Source: Takakia lepidozioides (taxonomy: Eukaryota > Plantae > Bryophyta). Taken from it: a stretch of DNA of 64,000 nucleotides. Position 1 is the stretch's first letter; every line of letters starts with the position of its first letter. The notes below the pieces were generated by a model. That model had not been told where the DNA came from and did no database searches. It worked only from the letters and a program-made list of their open reading frames with translations. Both the position numbers and the translations under genes were made by a program. Below, in pieces: positions 12,926-25,589 of the stretch. The stretch lies in assembly GCA_030704615.1 (NCBI GenBank), contig CM060732.1, positions 1,860,001 through 1,924,000 of the forward strand, in the 5' to 3' direction.

Positions 12926-13539
12926 TAAATCTCATGCTAAACTTGGCTTAACATGGTATTCCAGGCATGTACCCCAAAAAAGGAGATCTTTTTGGCTGGG
13001 ACTTATGCCGCCTGAAGGGCGTGGCTCTCCTGAGAGAGACCTCACATCCAGACCGCGGCGGAAGTTGAAAGCTCTGTACTACGGACGACGGCCAATCTCT
13101 CGCATGGCCAAACTGAAGCTCCAGCAGGAGATTCCAGTGTCTTGCTCACAACCTGCGCCAACTGAAGCCGAGTACTCTCAGGCAAGCCACTTCTGCTTTC
13201 GGTTTGTTCGATTTATTTTTTGTTTCGCTTTGTTACCTCGCTTTGTTTTTGCATCTTCATCCTGGCTTTGCTGTATGAGTGAACTTTAGATAGTTGAGTG
13301 AACCTTAGATTGTTTGCAATGCGTGTGCAAATCCGGCAGCTCTGGAAAAGGCTGCTTGTGCATGTCATTCTTAGGCAATGGTTGCATTTGTTTTCATTGT
13401 TGTTGCATGGCTCTCCATACTTCCTAAACTTGTTATGTTTTCATTTTTGCTACATGATTGTTGTATGGTGGTTGCGCTGCTGGTTGCGATGCTGCTTTTT
13501 GCACCGATGTTGGTTTTCACGATTTTTGTCAATGACAGA

Positions 13540-16500
13540 GTGACGACGAGCCCGGCACGCTGGTGGTATCATCGACAGCTCCAACTCATCGCATGTTTGA
13601 ATCGCCCAACTTGGGGCGAGAGGGCAAACTTAAACCTTTTGTTGGTGGACGGGAGGACTTGCAACGAGATTACGACAGAGTAGGCATTGGGGAGGTTGGT
13701 GCAGGCGGCATGGCAGGTGAAGGGCGTGAGGACATGAGGACAGCAGATCCGGCAATGGAGGTTGTTCATGCACATGCAGTAGGGCCCGCCCACGCAAAGA
13801 AAAAGAAGAAAGCTAAGCACATGCAATCCCCGGCGAGAGAGCAGTCACGGGCTGCGGAGGGGGGAGTGAGCAGTGCGCGCGAGGGTGTCAGTTCGCCTCA
13901 ATCAAAGGTGGTCGTCCTGGAGGGCTCCCCTGCTGCTAGCCCTAGTAAGAAACAGAAAGCCCGTGAGAGGGCAAAAGAGAGGGCAAAAGAACAGACGAGA
14001 CAGAATGCTAGCCAGGAGGAAAGACAAAAGGCAGCTGAAGAGGCCAGGGGTGCCCAAATGACAGATGCCAATGTAAGCGAGGGACCCACAGAGATGGTGG
14101 ATCCCTACAAGACACCACAGAGAGGCAGTAGCACACCGGTTAGACCATCGCGGGCAAGAGCAGCCCCCGCAATTACCCATACGGTGGAGAGTGGAGGAGA
14201 GGAACACCTGAAAGAACGGATTGTGCAAGTTCGAGGTGAAGCCAGGGAGAGGGCAGTAGAGACGACGAGAGTGCTGGAGGTGGTTTTGCAGGTGGCTGAC
14301 CCTGTTGAGGAGGACGACATGGAGGTTTCTGACCAGGATGACATCCTCCCGGACATCCCCAGGCCCCAAACCCGGAGCATACAGGCTGGATTTGGCGGTC
14401 CTGGTGGGCTGCCGGAAAACCCCTCTGCAGCAGACGTCATGTCTGAGGCGGATATGAAGTTGGCCGCTGCCAAGATGTTGGAGGCAACCCACAGCAACAT
14501 TGGCAGGGTGCTGGGGGGCATGGTGTACCCGGCCAAGCTTCGAATTCCCCTTTGCCGCTTGGTGTCATTGCAGGTGGTGAGACCTGCCCTCCCAGGCGAT
14601 ATCGACAAGCTGAAATTCTCTTTCGGGATGGATATCGAATGGGGTCTGCCGCCTTTTACGTTTCCATTGAGAACGACCACGGAGCTTCCCGTGCCCACAC
14701 TTCCGATGAGGTGGACAAATGGGGTCCCATTGGCAAACGCGAAATGAGGAGTTCGAGAGATCGATTGCTAGTGATCCTCTTTTCCAGCACATGTCCGGCA
14801 AGATGTTCTACGTGTGGGACGGCAATCATCGCCTCCTGGCATGGATGGAGCACATTGCCCAAGCCCACCCCAATGATCTCGATTGGCATTTCGCCGTCGA
14901 TTGTGTTGTGCTGAAGGTTGCGGGGCCCAAAGATCGCAGTCTTCTCAAAGCTGCAATGGCCGACATCAACTCGTAGGCTACAACCCCTCTCGCTTTTGGA
15001 CTTTGAATTTGGAAGTCATTTCATTGCGAATCCTCATATATGATGAAAATTCCCATTTCAGTATTGTTTGATGGAAATGTGGCACTGCAGGGTGACTGAG
15101 AATGCCTTCATTGCCACCAACTTGTCCCATATGCTTCCGAGTGAAGGATGTCGGGAAGCAGGGGGTGCAAGAGTTTGCCAATTCCCTCAGTGCCGACCTC
15201 CTGCGCAAGTCGGAGGCAAAGGCAGACAGAACCTGGTATAGGCTGAGCGTCGACGCCATGGTGGACTACATATTTCGGGTAAAGCTCCTGACAGTTTTGT
15301 TGAGCTAGTCTGTCTCTCCTAGCCCCAATAGAAGAAATTGTGTTGAGCAGGATCTCTAATCTTATGTGCGCCTTTTTGACAGACGAAAATACAGCATGAT
15401 TTGGCACATGCGCGGAGGTTCTACATGGAGTCAGAGGAGAAGAATCCAACCCTCCGGAACTCGAATCGTATGTCAAAGCTGCGGAGGTGAGGGCCCGCAT
15501 AAAGTACAAGTCGCGGATGGTAAAGTACGTGGCCATAGCTGATCCCGCCCTTGGTGCCGACTTTCTGGTGGAGGTGGGGAAGCACTACTCTCGCGCTCTG
15601 AAGCCCACGATGACATTGGAGAAGCTCCATCGTCTAGCCACATCCTGTGTGGATGCAACAGAAAAGGTGATACATTCTTAACCAAATTGTGGTGGCAACA
15701 ACTCCTTTTGTGGTGTTTGGCGCTTACGAATATGCTGGGTGGTTGGACAGACCGGTGGCTCCAAATCTGGAATGGTTCCCAAAGTACCAGGGACATGTGG
15801 AGCTTCCCCAAACCGGACAAACTCTCTGACCCCACATTCGACATGTGGATGAACCGCATGACATGGTGGTTTCAGGTACTTCCCCACGCTTCGTTTGGGG
15901 CTTCTACTCTAGTAGGGGGTGGATTCATTGTATTTTTTGAGGAAAGCGATCTGATGGACAATCTCCACAGGTGACGACGAATGCGCAAGAGCAGCTGGAC
16001 ACACAAGCACATCAGTTCAAGATGGAGATATCTCCTGCAGCAGAGAGCCTACGTGACTATGTGACGAGGTACTTTCTGCTCTACAAAACCAACCTATTCT
16101 TTCGGGAGATAGCAGATGCTCGCCGGAGCCACGAGTTCACCGACCAGCCGAACGCGGACAAAGCAGCAATGCGCCTTCTGTACAGGTACATACGCGCTGC
16201 CTTTCTTTCAAGTCCTGGCATTTCAGGATGTTAGAGGCCTCAAGTGGTGTTAGGGAAAATGGCGCCGAATTTCCAGTCAGGGCTCCGAAAATGGCTAAGT
16301 CCCTAGACTGGCTGGCCCGGAACTGGAAATTCGGCGCCATTTTCCAGTTCCAGGCCCTATTGCCGTTCAGGGACTTAGCCATTTTCGGCCTAAGTCCCTA
16401 GACTGGCTGGCCCTGAAGTGGAAATTCGGCGCCATATTCCAGTTCTAGGCCCTATTGCCGTTCAGGGACTTAGCCATTTTCGGCCTAAGTCCCTAGTGTG

Positions 16501-18521
16501 GCTGGCCCGGAACTGGAAATTCGGTGCCGTTTTCCAGTTCTAGGCCCTATTGCCGTCCAGGGACTTAGCCATTTTCGGGCTAAGTCCCTAGACTGGCTGG
16601 CCCTGAACTGGAAATTCGGCGCCGTTTTCCAGTTCTAGGCCCTATTGCCGTCCAGGGACTTAGCCATTTTCGGGCTAAGTCCCTAGACTGGCTGGCCCTG
16701 AAGTGGAAATTCGGCGCCATATTCCAGTTCCAGGCCCTATTGCCGTCCAGGGACTTAGCCATTATCGGTCTAAGTCCCTAGGGTGGCTGGCCCGGAACTA
16801 GAAATTCGGCGCCGTTTTCCAGTTCTAGGCCCTATTGCCGTCCAGGGACTTAGCCATTTTCGGGCTAAGTCCCTAGACTGGCTGGCCCTGAACTGGAAAT
16901 TCGGCGCCATTTCCAGTTCCAGGCCGTATTGCCGTTCAGGGACTTAGCCATTTTCGGGCTAAGTCCCTAGACTGGGTGGCCCTGAAGTGGAAATTCGGCG
17001 CCATATTCCAGTTGTAGGCCCTATTGCCGTTCAGGGACTTAGCCATTTTCGGACCTCATTGTGTTTTTCATGAATGCAGGTACTGTAAGTTCTCGCTTTT
17101 GGAGAAAGGTCATCTGTCTTTCGAGCCACCATTCTTCCTGGCATGGAGGAACCCTGGGGCTGACTCCATGTACACTGACGATATTGTGAAGGAGTGGCAT
17201 CTGGAACATTTGCGTGATTGCCCTTGGTATGTGGACCTTCCGCCCGGCTTGCTCGACCCATCCGAGTTTCAATTGAAGCTGGATGCTGAATTCCGACGAA
17301 ACCGGGCTCCGCTGCCTCCGTTGGGTGCAAAAGAGGCAAAAGCGCTTGCGAACTCCAGGAAAGCGGCAGAGCTTGCTCAGGCAGGAATTCAGAAGAAATT
17401 GCATGAGAAGAGTAAAGGTCAAAGGAAAAGGACAAGGAAACAGGTGACTGCAGTAACACCCAAAAAGAAGAAAACCATCGGGGCATCGGAGGAGGCGCAG
17501 GAGGGGACCCAAGAGAGTGACTCCGACGCCAATTTTGTTCAAGGTCCTGCGACTGCTGTTGCTCCTACCCAGTCACCGGTCGTCCGGGTTCCCAAGTCAG
17601 TTCGGAGTGGGACTGGCTCTGCCAAGAAGTTGGCATTTGAGGGCGAGCCTACACGGCGGTATTCGGCGGTGACGTTTACGCACAGGCCAAAGCTAGAACC
17701 TCCAACCATCATCCAATGCGTCAATGAGAGCTTCCTTGATGCTCTCGCTGCCAGGGCGAAGAAGGTGGCACACAACAAGTCTCTGGCGGAGCAGAAGGGA
17801 AAGCCAAGAAGAGGGCTGCCGGTACAGAGCCTAAAGACACCCCTGGTTTTGAAGCCATGATGGAATTCTTCACGGCTGTGAGCACGAATTGCAAGAGCAC
17901 TCGGGGGGGGGGGGGGGGGGGGGGGTTGAGGTGGAGAGAGCTTGCGACATGATTCTCCTCGACATTCCAGATGGGGAGCTGCTGGAGGGCCTGGATGGTG
18001 TGCCCACCTTGAACAGGTTTACTGAGGACTACTGGAAAGCCGGGTTTGGGCTGGCGGGGATGCTTCTGGATGACGGTGGATGTGTGGTTGTCCTTGCCAC
18101 GAGAGGGAAGACCACAGAGAATGCGGTGGCAAGGTGGACACCGAAAAGTGTCACCCCGGTCCTCCTCAGAAAATGATTCTGCGTCAGTACGCAGGGGTTG
18201 CGAACAGAGGGCCAAAGTGTAAGTTATCAATCTATTGCATTCACTTCATATTGTGGTGTATGTTAAGTAGACCCTGGAATTGATCCCTTCTTTGTTGGAT
18301 GTGCAGACATTGGTGTTTGAGGCATATTGCTTTGTGAAGAGAGGGTCTACGTTCAAATTCCGCAACGACGGTCGTCTTGTTGATGCCGCTGTGGACCCTG
18401 TAACCTACGATGTCCTCTACAACTATGTGCCCCACTCTAGTATGCCGAAGGACACAAAGACAGGCAAACCGTGGCGGTACAGCCGGACCCGGAGCCCTGC
18501 TTTCATCCAAACCCTCATGGA
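13540..18521 (+). pseudogene. ParB-like/DNA methyltransferase-like cargo gene, copy A, 5' part (split by the insertion of copy B)
   Basis: GT-AG introns at ~14973-15090, 15279-15322, 15667-15750, 15877-15970, 16186-17079 and 18219-18270. ParB-like block IPLCRL..VRP..WDGNHR (14530-14972). DMILLDIPDG at 17947-17975. A further upstream exon at ~12950-13180 is possible. Confidence 0.85.
16290..17050. repeat. Intronic ~95-bp tandem array (~8 units), copy A
   Basis: Unit CTAAGTCCCTAGACTGGCTGGCCCTGAAGTGGAAATTCGGCGCC...CAGGGACTTAGCCATTTTCGG, spaced 95 bp apart (16391, 16486, 16581...). It lies inside intron 16186-17079. Confidence 0.93.
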
Positions 18522-18595
18522 GGGGGCTGCTATTTCATGAGCGGCATGAGCATGAGCGGCATGAGCATGAGCGGAAAAAAAAAAAGCATGAGCAG
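18522..18595 (+). repeat. Left TIR of copy B with CATGAG(CGG) repeats
   Basis: Inverted match to 33112-33170 and 34262-34321. Confidence 0.9.
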
Positions 18596-18757
18596 ACCAT
18601 TGTGAGTCCACGGAAATAGGGTTAGGAGGCACGGAAATAGGGTCATGTGAAGTTGGAATGTGGCACCAGTGGACTTAAAATGCAACATTTTATTGCAAAT
18701 TTTGTGGCAAGCCACGTCTATACAAGTGTGTTCTAACTGTCATAGCCGGAATGGGCA

Positions 18758-21700
18758 CTACTCTCCTACACCCTCCGAGGAACTTGCCCCACCTTCTTCC
18801 TCATCCCCCTCATCCCCCTCATCCTCCGAGCTCTGTGATGCATCAGTTCCACTATGCCTCTCAAAAATCCCGTCCTCTCCTTGGGGGACTGTCCACCTCA
18901 CCTCCTGGGAATCTTCTGCGTCTTCTCCCCCACTTTCCTCAGCAGAATCCAACACAAATCTACGAGCCCGACGGGCTCTAATAGCTGCTGCCTCCTCCCT
19001 CATCTTCATTTTCTTGAGGCTTGCCTCGTCTAAAATCTGCTGTACACGACTACGTTCGGAACACCTCCTAATGGACACCGAAGCAAGCCGGGCAGCATAA
19101 GTAGGCAGGATGTACTCCCTTTCTGGACTAGGCATGAAATCTCCCCTGGCAAAAAAAGGCACGTTCCTCCTGCCCATGAACTCCGGTGTAGACGTCCCTC
19201 CGGCAGTACTTGGCATCCTACAGTAAGAACAAATCCACTTGAAGAATGTCAATACCAGCACAACCAGAAAGGGTTTTCAATGAAATAAGAGAGCGGAGGG
19301 AGGTGCCTCACAAAATCTGGAGGCAACTTACAATGCCACCACTCACTCGTAAACCGGGGGCTCCTCGGCCTCGATCCCAACTTCCTCCCCCTGCTCCTTC
19401 TTGGATTTTTCCTCATCCTCCGAGGATGCCTCTTCCTCTTTCGGCAGACGTTCAGCCGCTGCAAGTTCCGAGTTGTGGAGGGCAGTATCTGGCTCGAAGG
19501 CGAACACATGCCTGTCGGACAACGTCCCTGCCCACATTGAAGCACCTGAGGAACAAAGCGGGCGGTTAATAGCTTGCGGCATGCAATTGCAATGGGGCCA
19601 GGGGACAAACTGAGCACGTGAAGGCTTACCCGTGCCGCATGTGAGGTCCAGAATCCGCCCTTGGACATCCGAGCACGTCTCCATGAGGGTTTGGATGAAA
19701 GCAGGGCTTCGGGTCCGGCTGTACCGCCACGGTTTGCCTGTCTTTGTGTCCTTCGGCATACTAGAGTGGGGCACATAGTTGTAGAGGACATCGTAGGTTA
19801 CAGGGTCCACAGCGGCATCAACAAGACGACCGTCGTTGCGGAATTTGAACGTAGACCCTCTCTTCACAAAGCAATATGCCTCAAACACCAATGTCTGCAC
19901 ATCCAACAAAGAAGGGATCAATTCCAGGGTCTACTTAACATACACCACAATATGAAGTGAATGCAATAGATTGATAACTTACACTTTGGCCCTCTGTTCG
20001 CAACCCCTGCGTACTGATGCAGAACCATTTTCTGAGGAGGACCGGGGTGACACTTTTCGGTGTCCACCTTGCCACCGCATTCTCTGTGGTCTTCCCTCTC
20101 GTGGCAAGGACAACCACACATCCACCGTCATCCAGAAGCATCCCCGCCAGCCCAAACCCGGCTTTCCAGTAGTCCTCAGTAAACCTGTTCCAGGTGGGCA
20201 CACCATCCAGGCCCTCCAGCAGCTCCCCATCTGGAATGTCGAGGAGAATCATGTCGCAAGCTCTCTCCACCTCAACCCCCCCCCGAGTGCTCTTGCAATT
20301 CGTGCTCACAGCCGTGAAGAATTCCATCATGGCTTCAAAACCAGGGGTGTCTTTAGGCTCTGTACCGGCAGCCCTCTTCTTGGCTTTTCCCTTCTGCTCC
20401 GCCAGAGACTTGTTGTGTGCCACCTTCTTCGCCCTGGCAGCGAGAGCGTCAAGGAAGCTCTCATTGACGCATTGGATGATGGTTGGAGGTTCTAGCTTTG
20501 GCCTGTGCGTAAACGTCACCGCCGAATACCGCCGTGTAGGCTCGCCCTCAAATGCCAACTTCTTGGCAGAGCCAGTCCCACTCCGAACTGACTTGGGAAC
20601 CCGGACGACCGGTGACTGGGTAGGAGCAACAGCAGTCGCAGGACCTTGAACAAAATCGGCGTCGGAGTCACTCTCTTGGGTCCCCTCCTGCGCCTCCTCC
20701 GATGCCCCGATGGTTTTCTTCTTTTTGGGTGTTACTGCAGTCACCTGTTTCCTTGTCCTTTTCCTTTGACCTTTACTCTTCTCATGCAATTTCTCTTGAA
20801 TTCCTGCCTGAGCAAGCTCTGCCGCTTTCCTGGAGTTCGCAAGCGCTTTTGCCTCTTTTGCACCCAACGGAGGCAGCGGAGCCCGGTTTCGTCGGAATTC
20901 AGCATCCAGCTTCAATTGAAACTCGGATGGGTCGAGCGAGCCGGGCGGAAGGTCCACATACCAAGGGCAATCACGCAAATGTTCCAGATGCCACTCCTTC
21001 ACAATATCGTCAGTGTACATGGAGTCAGCCCCAGGGTTCCTCCATGCCAGGAAGAATGGTGGCTCGAAAGACAGATGACCTTTCTCCAAAAGCGAGAACT
21101 TACAGTACCTGCATTCATGAAAAACCCAATGAGGTCCGAAAATGGCTAACTCCCTGAACGGCAATAGGGCCTACAACTGGAATATGGCGCCGAATTTCCA
21201 CTTCAGGGCCACCCAGTGTAGGGACTTAGCCCGAAAATGGCTAAGTCCCTGGACGGCAATACGGCCTGGAACTGGAAAACGGCGCCGAATTTCCACTTCC
21301 GGGCCAGCCACCCTAGGGACTTACACAAAAAATGGCTAAGTCCCTGGACGGCAATAGGGCCTAGAACTGGAATACGGCGCCGAATTTCCAGTTCCGGGCC
21401 AGCCACCCTAGGGACTTAGACCGAAAATGGCTAAGTCCCTGGACGGCAATAGGGCCTGGAACTGGAATATGGCGCCGAATTTCCACTTCAGGGCCAGCCA
21501 GTCTAGGGACTTGGCCCGAAAATGGCTAAGTCCCTGGACGGCAATAGGGCCTAGAACTGGAATACGGCGCCGAATTTCCAGTTCCGGGCCAGCCACCCTA
21601 GGGACTTAGACCTAAAATGGCTAAGTCCCTGGACGGCAATAGGGCCTGGAACTGGAATATGGCGCCGAATTTCCACTTCAGGGCCAGCCAGTCTAGGGAC

Positions 21701-24700
21701 TTAGCCGGAAAATTGCTAAGTCCCTGGACGGCAATAGGGCCTAGAACTGGAATACGGCGCCGAATTTCCAGTTCCGGGCCAGCCACCCTAGGGACTTAGA
21801 CCGAAAATGGCTAAGTCCCTGGACGGCAATAGGGCCTGGAACTGGAATATGGCGCCGAATTTCCACTTCATGGCCAGCCAGTCTAGGGACTTAGCCCGAA
21901 AATGGCTAAGTCCCTGGACGGCAATAGGGCCTAGAACTGGAAAACGGCGCCGAATTTCCAGTTCCGGGCCAGCCACACTAGGGACTTAGCCCGAAAATGG
22001 CTAAGTCCCTGAACGGCAATAGGGCCTGGAACTGGAAAATGGCGCCGAATTTCCAGTTCCGGGCCAGCCAGTCTAGGGACTTTGCCATTTTCGGAGCCCT
22101 GACTGGAAATTCGGCGCCATTTTCCCTAACACCACTTAGGCCTCTAACATCCTGAAATGCCAGGACTTGAAAGAAAGGCAGCGCGTATGTACCTGTACAG
22201 AAGGCGCATTGCTGCTTTGTCCGCGTTCGGCTGGTCGGTGAACTCGTGGCTCCGGCGAGCATCTGCTATCTCCCGAAAGAATAGGTTGGTTTTGTAGAGC
22301 AGAAAGTACCTCGTCACATAGTCACGCAGGCTCTCTGCTGCAGGAGATATCTCCATCTTGAACTGATGTGCTTGTGTGTCCAGCTGCTCTTGCGCATTCG
22401 TCGTCACCTGTGGAGATTGTCCATCAGATCGCTTTCCTCAAAAAATACAATGAATCAACCCCCTACTAGAGTACAAGCCCCAAACGAAGCGTGGGGAAGT
22501 ACCTGAAACCACCATGTCATGCGGTTCATCCACATGTCGAATGTGGGGTCAGAGAGTTTGTCCGGTTTGGGGAAGCTCCACATGTCCCTGGTACTTTGGG
22601 AACCATTCCAGATTTGGAGCCACCGGGTCTGTCCAACCACCCAGCATATTCGTAAGCGCCAAACACCACAAAAAGGAGTTGTTGCCACCACAATTTGGTT
22701 AAGAATGTATCACCTTTTCTGTTGCATCCACACAGGATGTGGCTAGACGATGGAGCTTCTCCAATGTCATCGTGGGCTTCAGAGCGCGAGAGTAGTGCTT
22801 TCCCACCTCCACCAGAAAGTCGGCACCAAGGGCGGGATCAGCTATGGCCACGTACTTTACCATCCGCGACTTGTACTTTATGCGGGCCCTCACCTCCGCA
22901 GCTTTGACATACGATTCGAGTTCCGGGAGGGTTGGATTCTTCTCCTCTGACTCCATGTAGAACCTCCGCGCATGTGCCAAATCCTGCTGTATTTTCGTCT
23001 GTCGAAAAGCAGCACATAAGATTAGAGATCCTGCTCAACACAATTTCTTCTATTGGGGGAGGAGAGACAAATTAGCTCAACAAAACTGCAGGAGCTTTAC
23101 CCGAAATATGTAGTCCACCATGGCGTCGACGCTCAGCCTATACCAGGTTCTGTCTGCCTTTGCCTCCGACTTGCGCAGGAGGTCGGCACTGAGGGAATTG
23201 GCAACTCTTCCACCCCCTGCCTCCCGACATCCTTCACTCGGAAGAGCATATGGGACAAGTTGGTGGCAATGAAGGCATTCTCAGTCACCCTGCAGTGCCA
23301 CATTTCCATCAAACAATACTGAAATGGGAATTTTCATCATATATGAGGATTCGCAATGAAATGACTTCCAAATTCAAAGTCCAAAAGCGAGAGGGGTTGT
23401 AGCTTACGAGTTGATGTCGGCCATTGCAGCTTTGAGAAGACTGCGATCTTTGGGCCCCGCAACCTTCAGCACAACACAATCGACGGCGAAATGCCAATCG
23501 AGATCGTTGGGGTGGGCTTGGGCAATGTGCTCCATCCATGCCAGGAGGCGATGATTGCCGTCCCACACGTAGAACATCTTACCGGACATGTGCTGGAAAA
23601 GAGGATCACTAGCAATCGATCTCTCGAACTCCTCATTTCGCGTTTGCCAATGGGGACCCCATTTGTCCACCTCATCGGAAGTGTGGGCACGGGAAGCTCC
23701 GTGGTCGTTCTCAATGGAAACGTAAAAGGCGGCAGACCCCATTCGATATCCATCCCGGAAAGAGAATTTCAGCTTGTCGATATCGCCTGGGAGGGCAGGT
23801 CTCACCACCTGCAATGACACCAAGCGGCAAAGGGGAATTCGAAGCTTGGCCGGGTACACCATGCCCCCCAGCACCCTGCCAATGTTGCTGTGGGTTGCCT
23901 CCAACATCTTGGCAGCGGCCAACTTCATATCCGCCTCAGACATGACGTCTGCTGCAGAGGGGTTTTCCGGCAGCCCACCAAGACCGCCAAATCCAGCCTG
24001 TATGCTCCGGGTTTGGGGCCTGGGGATGTCCGGGAGAATGTCATCCTGGTCAGAAACATCCATGTCGTCCTCCTCAACAGGGTCAGCCACCTGCGAAACC
24101 ACCTCCAGCACTCTCGTCGTCTCTACTGCCCTCTCCCTGGCTTCACCTCGAACTTGCACAATCGGTGCTCTTTCAGGTGTTCTTTCCTCTCCTCCACTCT
24201 CCACCGTATGGGTAATTGCGGGGGCTGCACTTGCCCGCGATGGTCTAACCGGTGTGCTACTGCCTCTCTGTGGTGTCTTGTAGGGATCCACCGTCTCTGT
24301 GTGTCCCTCGCTTACATTGGCATCTGTCATTTGGGCACCCCGGGCCTCTTCAGCTGCCTTTTGTCTTTCCTCCTTGCTAGCATTCTGTCTCGTCTGTTCT
24401 TTTGCCCTCTCTTTTGCCCTCTCACGGGCTTTCTGTTTCTTACTAGGGCTAGCAACAGGGGAGCCCTCCAGGACGACCACCTTTGATTGAGGCGAACTGA
24501 CACCCTCGCGCGCACTGCTCACTCCCCCCTCCGCAGCCCGTGACTGCTCTCTCGCCGGGGATTGCATGTGCTTAGCTTTCTTCTTTTTCTTTGCGTGGGG
24601 GGCCCTACTGCATGTGCATGAACAACCTCCATTGCCGGATCTGCTGTCCTCATGTCCTCACGCCCTTCACCTGCCATGCCGCCTGCACCAACCTCCCCAA

Positions 24701-24860
24701 TGCCTACTCTATCGTAATCTCGTTGCAAGTCCTCCCGTCCACCAACAAAAGATTTAAGTTTGCCCTCTCGCCCCAAGTTGGGCGATTCAAACATGCGATG
24801 AGTTGGAGCTGTCGATGATACCACCAGCGTGCCGGGCTCGTCGTCACTCTGTGATTGACA
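18758..24860 (-). CDS. ParB/Srx-like domain plus beta-class amino-DNA-methyltransferase-like fusion protein (multi-exon cargo gene, full-length copy; a few 1-bp indels)
   Basis: Low-complexity N-terminus. ParB-like domain at 23404-23850 (YVWDGNHRLLAW). Helical middle region. Motif IV-like CDMILLDIPDG (~20226-20257). Motifs X/I-like RSPAFIQTLMETCSDVQGRILDLTCGTG|ASMWAGTLSDRHVFAFEPD, across intron ~19545-19629. Acidic last exon ending at 18758. The true start is uncertain and may lie at up to ~25450. Confidence 0.8.
21135..22120. repeat. Intronic ~95-bp tandem array (190-bp dimers, ~10 units), copy B
   Basis: Reverse complement of the 16290-17050 array. The ORF track shows a 190-bp period (21427, 21617, 21807). 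Confidence 0.93.
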
Positions 24861-25589
24861 AAAATCGTGAACACCAACAGTGGTGCAAAAAGCAGCAGCG
24901 CAACCACCATAGCAGCAATCATGTAGCAAAAATGAAAACATAACAAGTTTAGGAAGTATGGAGAGCCATGCAACAACAATGAAAACAAATGCAACCATTG
25001 CCTAAGAATGACATGCACAAGCAGCCTTCTCCAGAGCTGCCGGATTTGCACACGCATTGCAAACAATCTAAGGTTCAGTCAACTATCTAAAGTTCACTCA
25101 TAAAGCAAAGCCAGGATGAAGATGCAGAAACAAAGCGAGGTAACGAAGCGAAAGCAAAAAAGAAATCGAACAAACCGAAAGCAGAAGTGGCTTGCCTGAG
25201 AGTACTCGGCTTCAGTTGGCGCAGGTTGTGAGCAAGACACTGGAATCTCCTGCTGGAGCTTCAGTTTGGCCATGCGAGAGATTGGCCGTCGTCCGTAGTA
25301 CAGAGCTTTCAACTTCCGCCGCGGTCTGGATCTGAGGTCTCTCTCAGGAGAGCCACGCCCTTCAGGCGGCATAAGTCCCAGCCAAAAAGATCTCCTTTTT
25401 TGGGGTACATGCCTGGAATACCATGTTAAGCCAAGTATAGCATGAGATTTAGGGTACGTGTCCAGGAAGCCATGCGTCGCCAGCCCGAATAATAAGCGAC
25501 GGCCGTCGACATTTATTGCCCAACTGCGCAATTAAATGTCGGATGAAGCCCTCCATGTCGGAAGAAAATAGACGAAAACAGTCCCGGAA

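Noticed and set aside
17903-17925. 23-nt poly-G run as a phase-variation switch or G-quadruplex
   Set aside because: Copy B has 9 G in frame. The length difference cannot be separated from homopolymer error without reads.
13540-18521. Bacterial or phage contamination to explain the ParB and MTase motifs
   Set aside because: The gene has multiple GT-AG introns and lies within eukaryotic transposons.
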